From: Nitrosopumilales archaeon
Lineage (GTDB): Archaea > Thermoproteota > Nitrososphaeria > Nitrososphaerales > Nitrososphaeraceae
Direction of reading: 5' to 3'
NCBI GenBank assembly: GCA_044507735.1
Contig: JBIQJB010000016.1
Span: 1 to 24,817 of the forward strand
DNA length: 24,817 nucleotides
Of the stretch, positions 15,996-24,307 are shown one piece after another. The notes under the pieces were generated by a model that saw only the letters and a program-made list of their open reading frames with translations, was not told where the DNA came from and did no database searches. Position 1 is the first letter of the stretch, and each line of letters begins with the position of its first letter. The translations under genes and the position numbers were made by a program.

Positions 15996-17300
15996 GTGAA
16001 AGTTTCGATCTCGGGAGTAAGGGGAATCTATGGACAAGATCTCAACCTTCACGAAGCAAGCAGATTCGCCGGCCATTTTGCCAGCATAATTAAGTCAGGC
16101 AAGTGTATCGTGGCGAGGGACACCAGGCCATCAGGGAGGATAATCGCCGAGACAGTCGCCGCGAGCTTGATGGCAAGTGGAATTGACGTTTACAACCTTG
16201 GTGTTGCTCCCACCCCTGCAGCATTCCGGGAAGCGCGCAGGTATGGCGCAGGAGTGATAATAACCGCATCCCACAACCCGCTCGAATGGAATGGTCTGAA
16301 GTTCATAATCGAAGGCAGGGGGCTGTTTGAACACGAGCTTGATGTCATGATTAATGGCTCAAGCAAACATCATCATGACAAGTACGGTGCAGAATACTGG
16401 ACCTCGCCAAGATACGTTGATGAAGTGGCCGAGATCGCAAAGGGCGGAGCAAGAGTCAAGGTGGGCATAGACGCAGGCGGCGGAGCGGCGTGTGGATTTG
16501 GCGAGAGCCTGTTCAAGAAGCTAGGACATCAATATCACAGCATCAATGGCGTCGCAGGTGTATCTTCAAGAGGACCCGACCCAACCGTAGACGAACTTGC
16601 CGATCTTCGTGCGATGGTCACTGCCAACAAACTTGACCTTGGTTTTGCACTTGATTTGGATGCCGACAGGCTCGTGGTGGTCAACAATAAAGGAGAAAAG
16701 CTCAACCCTGACGCTACTTTGCTACTGTGCGTCGCAAGGGCAGTCGAGATGGGCATGAAAAAGTTCGTTACAAGCATTGATACCAGTGTCGCCATCGAGA
16801 AATATGTCCAGGCTCACAATGGAAGGGTCGTAGCACATTCAAAGGTAGGTGAGGCAAACGTCGTCAGCAAGATGCTGGAAACGGAGGCGGAAGCAGGAGG
16901 CGAAGGCAGCAGCGCTGGTTTTATCATGCCTGGTTTTAACATGTGTCGCGACGGCCTGCTCGCAGCAGCCACAATTTCCACGCTTGACAAAAAGATGATT
17001 GATAGTTGCCTGGAATTTGCGTCACAATTTGTGCAAATTAGGTCCAAGATAGCTGCCGACTCGTCTCTCCACAACAAAGTGATTGAAAAGCTGACCGACG
17101 TTTTCAAGCGCGATTCTTCTTCTGTATTTACAGAGGATGGCGTCAAGGCGATCATAGACGAGGACTCATGGGTGCTCGTCAGGCCGTCAAATACCGAGCA
17201 CGCGATTAGAGTGTCGGTGGAGTCCAAGTCCGCAAATGCACAGTCCCTATACAAACAGGCGAGTGAAAAGGTCCAAGCAGTCTATGACCAAGTTAGATGA
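15996..17300 (+). CDS. phosphohexomutase (phosphomannomutase/phosphoglucosamine mutase)
   Basis: SGVRG, DTRPSG, phosphoserine motif TASHNP, metal loop DLDADR, VRPSNTE..IRV. Confidence 0.95.
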   Translation: MKVSISGVRGIYGQDLNLHEASRFAGHFASIIKSGKCIVARDTRPSGRIIAETVAASLMASGIDVYNLGVAPTPAAFREARRYGAGVIITASHNPLEWNGLKFIIEGRGLFEHELDVMINGSSKHHHDKYGAEYWTSPRYVDEVAEIAKGGARVKVGIDAGGGAACGFGESLFKKLGHQYHSINGVAGVSSRGPDPTVDELADLRAMVTANKLDLGFALDLDADRLVVVNNKGEKLNPDATLLLCVARAVEMGMKKFVTSIDTSVAIEKYVQAHNGRVVAHSKVGEANVVSKMLETEAEAGGEGSSAGFIMPGFNMCRDGLLAAATISTLDKKMIDSCLEFASQFVQIRSKIAADSSLHNKVIEKLTDVFKRDSSSVFTEDGVKAIIDEDSWVLVRPSNTEHAIRVSVESKSANAQSLYKQASEKVQAVYDQVR

Positions 17301-18231
17301 GAAAGAGATCATTGACATCATGGCCAACGCCCTTGAAATGGGAAGCGACCTTGACGACGTCGCCTTGGTTGGCAAGAATGTCGTCTTTAAGGCCGACATG
17401 CTGGTTGCAAGCACCGATGTTCCACCTTGCATGGAACCATATCAGGTGGCTAGAAAGAGCATCGTTTCGTGCGTAAGTGACCTTGCGGCAAAAGGGATCA
17501 AACCCCGTGCCGGGCTGATCTCTCTTGGCCTGCCTAGAGAGTGTACTAGACTCTATGTGGAGGGGCTTGCAGACGGCTTTGCAGCGGCAGCAAAGGAGTT
17601 TGGCTTGAAGATAGTTGGTGGGGACACGAACGAGACCCATAGTCTTGTAATAGATTGCTGCATGATAGGCTTTGCAAGAGATGGCAGGAAGATGCCGAAA
17701 AGAAAAGGAGCGAGGCCCGGGGACCTTGTAATAGTTTCCGGCATGTTTGGCCTGCCTCCAGCAGGCCTTGCGATATTGATGCGTGGCGCAAAGGCCACTA
17801 ATGGAGTATTTAGAAAGCAGGCCATAGAGTCGGTGCTGGAACCAAAACCAAGACAGCGCTTTGGAATCACATTGGCCAGGTACTTTTCCTCATCCATTGA
17901 TTCAAGCGATGGCCTTGCAATATCGCTTTACGAACTGGCGAAACAGAGTAAGGTCAACATCATTATCGACGATCTGCCGATTGTAGACGGAGTGGAGCAA
18001 TTTGCATATGAAAACGGCATAGATCCAAACGAACTGGTATTCCATGGGGGCGAAGAATATGAGATCGTAGCCACCATCTCGGAAACAAAGTTGGGGCAAG
18101 CACAGGCCGCCGCGAAAAGGGCAAATGTAGAGCTACACATAATCGGAAGGGTACAGAAGGGACCGGGCAAGGTTTTCGTTGGCGAAAACCTGCTTGAGAA
18201 CAGGGGCTACGTTCATTTTCGCCTGCGATAA
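17284..18231 (+). CDS. thiL: thiamine-monophosphate kinase
   Basis: DDVA, ADML, SDLAAKG, VGGDT, IDSSDGL, GGEEYEI; start moved to ATG 17284 (MTKLDEKEII). Confidence 0.93.
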   Translation: MTKLDEKEIIDIMANALEMGSDLDDVALVGKNVVFKADMLVASTDVPPCMEPYQVARKSIVSCVSDLAAKGIKPRAGLISLGLPRECTRLYVEGLADGFAAAAKEFGLKIVGGDTNETHSLVIDCCMIGFARDGRKMPKRKGARPGDLVIVSGMFGLPPAGLAILMRGAKATNGVFRKQAIESVLEPKPRQRFGITLARYFSSSIDSSDGLAISLYELAKQSKVNIIIDDLPIVDGVEQFAYENGIDPNELVFHGGEEYEIVATISETKLGQAQAAAKRANVELHIIGRVQKGPGKVFVGENLLENRGYVHFRLR

Positions 18232-18266
18232 CGTTTTTAACCCTCTAAAGGAGCGAATGTAAGTGC

Positions 18267-18680
18267 ATGTCTGAAGCGAAGGATGAAATTACAGAGTTAA
18301 AGTGGGGGGTAGCCCATATATTTAGCAGTTATAATAATACTATCGTTCACATTACCGACCTGAGCGGCAGCGAGACCATCGCGTTCAGCTCTGGAGGAAG
18401 ACACGTAACAGCTGACAGATATGAGTCGTCTCCATATGCTGCAATGAAATCTGCCATGGCCGCAGCCGAAGTTGCCAAAGCAAAGGGCATCAACGCACTT
18501 CACTTTCGAGTACGGGCCGTGGGTGGAGTCGGTCCTAGAATTCCAGGTCCCGGCGCACAGGCAGCCATCAGGGCCCTTGCTAGGGCAGGCTTCAAGCAAA
18601 TAGGCAGAATCGAAGACGTGACTCCGATACCACACGACACGACTAGAAAGCCCGGCGGAAGAAGGGGACGCAGAGTCTAG
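18267..18680 (+). CDS. rps11: 30S ribosomal protein uS11
   Basis: [59 protein letters not shown]. Confidence 0.98.
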   Translation: MSEAKDEITELKWGVAHIFSSYNNTIVHITDLSGSETIAFSSGGRHVTADRYESSPYAAMKSAMAAAEVAKAKGINALHFRVRAVGGVGPRIPGPGAQAAIRALARAGFKQIGRIEDVTPIPHDTTRKPGGRRGRRV

Positions 18681-19012
18681 ATCGATTTCATTTCCGGCGC
18701 CATTTTTATCTGGGCGCCACAGCCTCTGTTTTTCAACTCTTTTTGGAGCCATGCAATGAACTTGTCCTCAAACTTTTTGCCCTTGGACGCGTTGATATCG
18801 TACGAATTCATTGCATACATCTTTTCGACAAACTGGCCGGACATAAACATCTTGGCAAACGACCAGCCTGCGCTCTGGACCGGCGGATCTAGGGCAAACG
18901 CGTTTTCAAGCTGGCACTTGTTCTGCCACTCTGACAACATTTCAATTGCCACCTTACCATCCGGTTCAAAATCGATCGTCTGAAAATCTAGGATAAACGT
19001 TCCAATAATCAA
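18677..19012 (-). CDS. hypothetical protein
   Basis: 111-aa protein-like ORF starting 1 nt after the upstream stop; last gene of the rtcB run. Confidence 0.7.
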   Translation of the reverse strand: MIIGTFILDFQTIDFEPDGKVAIEMLSEWQNKCQLENAFALDPPVQSAGWSFAKMFMSGQFVEKMYAMNSYDINASKGKKFEDKFIAWLQKELKNRGCGAQIKMAPEMKSI

Positions 19013-19013
19013 G

Positions 19014-19430
19014 CTAATCAGTATCCGTTTTCTGCTGTTTCAGCTTGTCTGAGAATGAGATGAACTTGCCTTTGTCTTCTATCTTGATGCTTGTGTTGAC
19101 CCGTATGTTTAGACCAACCGATCTGAACAGCGCGAGCAATTCACCTCCAGATATCCTGCTGGTTATTTCTCCGGACAGCATCAGCTCGGCGATCCTTGAT
19201 ATGATCGCCTCTGTCTGTGCTGGGTACTGCGCATATGCAAGGTTCAATACTTCCTCGCCCCTATCGTATAGAAAGCCTGAAACAACTTCACGGGCAGTCC
19301 TCCTTCTTGTTGTTTGCTGAGGGGCATTCTTGGCTCTTTCGAGTGCCGCTGCCTTTTCCCTCATCTCCTTTAGTTTACGTGCTTTAATGATTTCAATGTC
19401 GGGGTCTTCTTCTCCTTCTTTGAAGGCCAT
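19014..19430 (-). CDS. PDCD5/TFAR19-like double-stranded DNA-binding protein
   Basis: DIEIIKARKLKEM N-terminus, then L..R..E.L......P...E.I...IA.L..SG.I...I....L..L pattern and IKI tail. Confidence 0.8.
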   Translation of the reverse strand: MAFKEGEEDPDIEIIKARKLKEMREKAAALERAKNAPQQTTRRRTAREVVSGFLYDRGEEVLNLAYAQYPAQTEAIISRIAELMLSGEITSRISGGELLALFRSVGLNIRVNTSIKIEDKGKFISFSDKLKQQKTDTD

Positions 19431-20902
19431 CAGCCCTTTATCACCCCTATCGGCACCAGCCTCACGACTTTAGTGGCTATGCCAAGCGAGTGTGATACGT
19501 CGGCAACAGAATCAACGTCTTTGTAGGCTTCAGGGGTCTCCTCCACAACGCCTTCTCTCGTAAGCGCCTTTACGTAGATACCTCTTGACTCCAGACCGCT
19601 TCTGACCCCTTCTGGAGTGTAGCTTCTTTTCGCGGCAGACCTTGACATAGTCCTGCCGGCGCCATGAGCCGTAGAGCCAAAACTGAGGTCGAGTGAATTC
19701 TTGTTTCCAAGCAATATCCAGCTGGCAGTGCCCATTGATCCTGGGATTATGACAGGCTGACCAATCTCTCTATATTTGCCGGGCACCTGCTCCATCCCTG
19801 CGGGGAATGCACGAGTCGCGCCCTTGCGGTGTACTACCACATCGCGAGTGCCTTCGCCATCGATCTTGTGCCGTTCTACTTTCGCGATATTGTGTGCAAC
19901 ATCATAAACAAGATCCATGTCAAGACTGCCCTCGCTGGCTTTGAAGACGCGCTCAAATGTCTTGCGCGTCCAGTGGGTTATCATTTGCCGGTTGGCCCAA
20001 GCGAAATTGAGTGCGGAATACATCGCCTTGCGGTAGTCCTCGCCTTCCTTCGAGTTGTTGGGGACGCATGCAAGCTCTCTGTCTGCAAGCGTCAAGTTGT
20101 ACTTGCGCAGTGCGGATTCTGAGACGCGCAAATAATCTGTGCATATCTGATGACCAAAACCTCTTGAGCCGCAGTGTATGAGTACGGTCAACTGACCTTC
20201 TTGTTCTATGCCCATCGCCTTGGCCGCGCGCTCGTCGAAAATCTTGTCCACCTTCTGTACTTCAAGAAAGTGGTTGCCGGAACCAAGAGAACCAAGCTGT
20301 GCCGCGCCTCTTTTTCTTGCAGTATCGGACACACTCGCAGGATCTGCGCCGGCCATCGTACCGCTCTCCTCGCAGACCTCCGCGTCATCATCAGTACCGT
20401 AACCATGCCGGACTGCCCACCTAACGCCCTCAACCAAGAGCTCGTCTAGCTCGGGCTTGGTCAGGCGCACGGCTCCTTCACTACCTACACCAGAGGGGAT
20501 GGATTTGAAAAGCTCATTGACAAGTTCCTTTAGCTTCGGTCGCAGGTCATTTTCTGTCAGGTTCGTCCTGACGAGCCTGACGCCGCAGTTGATGTCATAG
20601 CCAACGCCGCCAGGGCTAATCACACCTTCTTCGACGTCAGTCGCAGCCACGCCGCCGACAGGAAAGCCGTACCCTTCGTGGCCGTCTGGGAGCACAACAA
20701 CGTGCTTCTTGACACCTGGCAGGGTAGCGACGTTTGCAGCCTGGTCAATGGTCCTGTCGGTTACCATTTTCGATACGAGGGAATCGTTTGCATAGATTGT
20801 GACTGGAACCTTCATGCCTTTGGCAGGGTTTGCGTCTATCCTGTATTCTAGGTCGCTTACCTTTCTAACCTTGTGGTTACCGCTACGTGTAACAAGCTCC
20901 AA
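19430..20902 (-). CDS. rtcB: RNA-splicing ligase RtcB
   Basis: PDGHEGYGFPVG, GYDINCGVR, LGSGNHFLE, IHCGSRG, HNIA, HRKGAT, PGSMG, HGAGR, EETPEAYK. Start at TTG 20902 is favoured by a TTATAATA box about 25-30 nt upstream (ORF track uses 20968). Confidence 0.96.
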   Translation of the reverse strand: MELVTRSGNHKVRKVSDLEYRIDANPAKGMKVPVTIYANDSLVSKMVTDRTIDQAANVATLPGVKKHVVVLPDGHEGYGFPVGGVAATDVEEGVISPGGVGYDINCGVRLVRTNLTENDLRPKLKELVNELFKSIPSGVGSEGAVRLTKPELDELLVEGVRWAVRHGYGTDDDAEVCEESGTMAGADPASVSDTARKRGAAQLGSLGSGNHFLEVQKVDKIFDERAAKAMGIEQEGQLTVLIHCGSRGFGHQICTDYLRVSESALRKYNLTLADRELACVPNNSKEGEDYRKAMYSALNFAWANRQMITHWTRKTFERVFKASEGSLDMDLVYDVAHNIAKVERHKIDGEGTRDVVVHRKGATRAFPAGMEQVPGKYREIGQPVIIPGSMGTASWILLGNKNSLDLSFGSTAHGAGRTMSRSAAKRSYTPEGVRSGLESRGIYVKALTREGVVEETPEAYKDVDSVADVSHSLGIATKVVRLVPIGVIKG

Positions 20903-21328
20903 TGTTTGAGAATTGTCATAACAAGTTATTATAAGCCTTGCCCGGGCCTGATGCGAACCTGTTGTCATATTGATTGCTCCCTGGATGTCCTACCGCATAT
21001 GCTCTCTTGGACAATGTGCGCACGGTGATACTCACTCCTAAGTCTTTACGTTCTCTAGGCCATTGCAGACCAGATGCGTTGAGTCTTATTTCTGCAGATT
21101 GTCACGCAGACAATTTCTAGAGCAAGTTGGCAAAAGACCTCCCTTTCATTCGGAGACGGCACTGCACCGTCACCGTCATTGCATCCGCATGATCTGGTAG
21201 TGGTGGATGGGCTCACAATTTGTCAGGCTTGCAATCCTTTGCCTTTTCCAAGGCACTTGCATGACAAACACCTGTCTGAGATGCACACCAACAAGATTTA
21301 TTTCCGCCACACTGCTGCTCTAGACCGG

Positions 21329-22684
21329 ATGCCTATACTTCCGATCGACTCTGGGCGCTACGGTAGCAAAGAGATGCGTCAGATCTTTGACGATGAGAGA
21401 AGACTGCAATACCAGCTTGACTTTGAGGCTGCCGTGGCGCGGGCTCAAGCCCAGATAGAAATGATTCCGGCGGATGCGGCCAAAGAAATCGCAAAGGGCG
21501 CAAGCTCGGGCAAAGTCACGCTAGCCCGCGTAAGCGAGCTTGAAGCAGTAAGCGAGCACGATACCGCGGCGATGGTAGAAGCATTGAGCGAGCAGGTATC
21601 TGCAAATGCCAAGCCATGGATTCACTACGGTCTGACCAGTAACGATGTTGTCGACACGGCGACGGGAATGCAGATGCGCGACGCCTTTTCAATTATCGAA
21701 TCCAAAGTGGGAAGGCTAGCGCTTGCACTGGCAGAAAGGGCAGTTGAGTTCAAAGCTGTGCCTGCTGTAGGCAGGACTCATGGGCAGCATGCTAGCATTA
21801 TTTCATTTGGACTGAAATTTGCTGTGTGGGCTGCAGAGATGGTCAAGCACATAGAGCGGATCGCGGAGGGCAGGAAGCGCTTTCTGATCTGCAAGACGCT
21901 GGGCGTCGTGGGAACGGGATCGCTCATGGGAGAAAGGGCAATCCAAGTGCAGAAAATTGTTGCCCAAGACTTGGGTCTTTATCCTGTTGATGCAGCCACA
22001 CAGGTGGTGCCGCGGGAGCGGTTTGCTGAGATGCAATTCTGCATGGCGCTCATTGGATCAACTTTGGACAAGATCGCTATAGAGATCCGGAATCTACAGC
22101 GGACCGAGATCGGGGAAGTTGCAGAACCCTTCCGCAAGGGTCAGATGGGCAGCAGCGCGGTACCTGTCAAGCGCAACCCTATCAAGAGCGAACGCGTGTC
22201 TTCACTTGCAAAGATGCTCCGATCGCTCGTCAGCGTGTCAATGGAAAACATTGCGCTATGGCACGAGCGCGACCTCTCAAATTCTGCCAACGAGCGGTTT
22301 ACGCTTCCGATGGCTGCGATACTGCTAGACGAGATGCTCAACGCGATGACAAGAGTCGTCTCTGAACTAAAAGTAAACAAGGATCGGGTCGCATCAAACA
22401 TCGAGATGACAAGGGGGCAGATTTACGCTGAGTTTGTGCTTGAGGCATTGGTGAAAAAGGGAGTGGCGCGCTTTGAAGCGTACCGCGACATTCAGCGCGT
22501 GGCATTTGCGGCACTCGAATCGGGCGAGCACTTTTTCGACGCGGTCTCAAAGGACGAAAGCATCTCAAGGTTCCTTTCAGCGCAAGAGCTTGAAGAGATA
22601 TTTCAAGCCAAGAACCACCTTGGGGCATCCGGAAAAATTATAGATAATGTAGCCAAGATGGTTAGAAATGCTGTAAAGGTGTAG
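21329..22684 (+). CDS. purB: adenylosuccinate lyase
   Basis: HYGLTSND, GRTHGQHA, fumarase-superfamily signature GSSAVPVKRNP, WHERDLSNS; start set at ATG 21329 (MPILPIDSGRY). Confidence 0.95.
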   Translation: MPILPIDSGRYGSKEMRQIFDDERRLQYQLDFEAAVARAQAQIEMIPADAAKEIAKGASSGKVTLARVSELEAVSEHDTAAMVEALSEQVSANAKPWIHYGLTSNDVVDTATGMQMRDAFSIIESKVGRLALALAERAVEFKAVPAVGRTHGQHASIISFGLKFAVWAAEMVKHIERIAEGRKRFLICKTLGVVGTGSLMGERAIQVQKIVAQDLGLYPVDAATQVVPRERFAEMQFCMALIGSTLDKIAIEIRNLQRTEIGEVAEPFRKGQMGSSAVPVKRNPIKSERVSSLAKMLRSLVSVSMENIALWHERDLSNSANERFTLPMAAILLDEMLNAMTRVVSELKVNKDRVASNIEMTRGQIYAEFVLEALVKKGVARFEAYRDIQRVAFAALESGEHFFDAVSKDESISRFLSAQELEEIFQAKNHLGASGKIIDNVAKMVRNAVKV

Positions 22685-22697
22685 TGTAGTATTATAG

Positions 22698-22786
22698 TGC
22701 CGTCGGTGAGATTTGAGCTCACGACAGCTCGGTCTTCAGCTTCACCCCAAAAGGTCGAGTGCTCTCCCAGGCTGAGCTACGACGGC
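22698..22786 (-). tRNA. tRNA-Phe(GAA) with 15-nt intron at non-canonical position 30/31 (22741-22755)
   Basis: Acceptor GCCGTCG/CGACGGC; removing ACCTTTTGGGGTGAA gives CTCGG-CTGAAGA-CCGAG; T-loop CTCAAAT. Confidence 0.9.
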
Positions 22787-22830
22787 ACTGTCATGAATGT
22801 TTTTGCAATTCCTATATAATCGTGTCTGGG

Positions 22831-22968
22831 TTACAGCTCGTCCATTCCAAAGTTATGGTAACACTGGTTGCACCGGAACTTTTCCCTGCCGGGGTTCCCA
22901 GAAACGACTTCAAGCTCACTCTTGGTCTTGCACTTGGGACATCTGCCATAGATCGTCTTTCTCGGCAA
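22831..22968 (-). CDS. 45-aa zinc-ribbon protein (not in ORF track)
   Basis: TTG start: MPRKTIYGRCPKCKTKSELEVVSGNPGREKFRCNQCYHNFGMDEL-stop; two CxxC pairs; TTATAA about 25 nt upstream. Confidence 0.8.
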   Translation of the reverse strand: MPRKTIYGRCPKCKTKSELEVVSGNPGREKFRCNQCYHNFGMDEL

Positions 22969-23334
22969 CGCTTTCTTTACAGCACTGCGGCGTTATAAGC
23001 GCTTGTTATTTGCATCGTGATGATGATGACGGTCTGCTTCTTTGATAGGGTTGGCACAGTGGATAAAATTGCACCTATTAACAAGGATATTGTTGATACT
23101 GCGAAGGAATGTGATTTTGATGCAAAGGTCTTGCCGCAAAGCACGAAATTTGTGACCAAGAAGAAAAACCCCCAAGATAACAACGGCCTTTCAGGTCCTT
23201 ATTTTGGCATCGTTGATTGAAAAAAAGATATACAGAATGAGCACCCAAGCTCTTGCAAAGCTTCCTTCTCAGTGAGTCATCAGTGTAAAATCTTACTTAA
23301 AGTAAATAAACAAAAAAGGTCGAGTTTTATTATC

Positions 23335-23499
23335 ATGATAAACGTCGATAACCAAAAGCCTGTCATTGACTCGCCGGAGGAGCGCAGGCGGAGGTTCCTC
23401 GAGGAATTTGAGAAGCCGTTCAAGTGCGAAAAGTGCAACGAGCGGTTCAAGAAGAAAAAGTATCTGCGCGAACACAAATCCGAAGTCCACTCATATTAA
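23335..23499 (+). CDS. small classical C2H2 zinc-finger protein
   Basis: EKPFKCEKCNERFKKKKYLREHKSEVH fits F-x-C-x2-C-x3-F-x5-L-x2-H-x4-H; ATG 23335. Confidence 0.85.
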   Translation: MINVDNQKPVIDSPEERRRRFLEEFEKPFKCEKCNERFKKKKYLREHKSEVHSY

Positions 23500-23509
23500 G
23501 GAAGAAAGG

Positions 23510-23605
23510 TGCCGGAGGCGGGATTTGAGCCCGCGACCTTACGATTTCTTATTTCTGACAAGAGATTATGAGTCGTACGCTCTAACCAAGCTGAGCTACC
23601 CCGGC
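23510..23605 (-). tRNA. elongator tRNA-Met(CAU) with 21-nt intron at 37/38 (23546-23566)
   Basis: Acceptor GCCGGGG/CTCCGGC (elongator-Met type, not the initiator A1-U72), stem TACGA/TCGTA, loop CT-CAT-A; T-loop CTCAAAT. Confidence 0.9.
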
Positions 23606-23640
23606 TTTGCCACATGAAATCTCCTACTGCATAATATAAG

Positions 23641-24273
23641 CTATTCAAACATACGCCGGACATCACCTTCGAGCACTCCGGGACCTCCTGAATGCAGTCT
23701 GTCAATGTGGTTCGATAGCCCCTCCTTCGTGTCAAACGGTGACTCGCAATAAGGGCAGACCAGCTTGGCGGTGCTTGTATCCTTCATGTAGACTATGGCC
23801 TTTGGGTTGATTATGCAGACGGGCATGCCCTTGATCGCGGTATGCGCAGTCGACATTGTGGCCATGTGAATCTTTTCGAAAATGTCGTCACGCGATACCA
23901 TCCCGAGAACAGCTGAATGCGAGGAAACAATCACCTGCCGGATCACGTGTTTGTCCATTATCGACAGCGTTTCCTGCACTGTATTGTGCGGAGCGACTGC
24001 AAGCACCGGGCTTGTCATGATTTCCCTGAGCTTTACTTTGCCAGGATTCCTGCCCTGGGACATCACCTTGAACAATATGTCTGTCTTGCTGACGATGCCA
24101 ACGACTTCGCCCAAGTGGGAGACCAGAACGCTTCTGACGCTCTTTTCCTTCATTAGGTTAAGCGCTTCGTCTGTGAATCTGTCGCTTTCTAGAATCACAA
24201 TGCTTGTGTTGATAAGTTGCTCTATGGGTGTAGAAAGGAGTGCAGAAATGTCCTCAGGGACGTAGCTGCTCAT
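23641..24273 (-). CDS. CBS-pair protein with C-terminal C2H2 zinc finger
   Basis: VGIVSKTDI, EIMTSPV, LGMVSRDDI, then CPYCESPFDTKEGLSNHIDRLH. Confidence 0.9.
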   Translation of the reverse strand: MSSYVPEDISALLSTPIEQLINTSIVILESDRFTDEALNLMKEKSVRSVLVSHLGEVVGIVSKTDILFKVMSQGRNPGKVKLREIMTSPVLAVAPHNTVQETLSIMDKHVIRQVIVSSHSAVLGMVSRDDIFEKIHMATMSTAHTAIKGMPVCIINPKAIVYMKDTSTAKLVCPYCESPFDTKEGLSNHIDRLHSGGPGVLEGDVRRMFE

Positions 24274-24307
24274 ACATAACTATCGACTATGACTTATTTA
24301 AGCGTGG

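Noticed and set aside
19430-20902. Intein in RtcB
   Set aside because: Length is about 490 aa with contiguous motifs (GYDINCGVR intact), so there is no insertion.
20903-21328. N-terminal extensions of RtcB (to 20968) and PurB (from 21179), and a Cys-rich interrupted minus-strand frame
   Set aside because: The extensions precede the conserved N-termini and TATA-like boxes fit the later starts; the minus frame has an internal stop and no motif. No riboswitch consensus was recognised.
23017-23220. 67-aa ORF starting MMMM
   Set aside because: The start derives from a (GAT)n run and there is no motif; it cannot be supported, though a short gene is not excluded.
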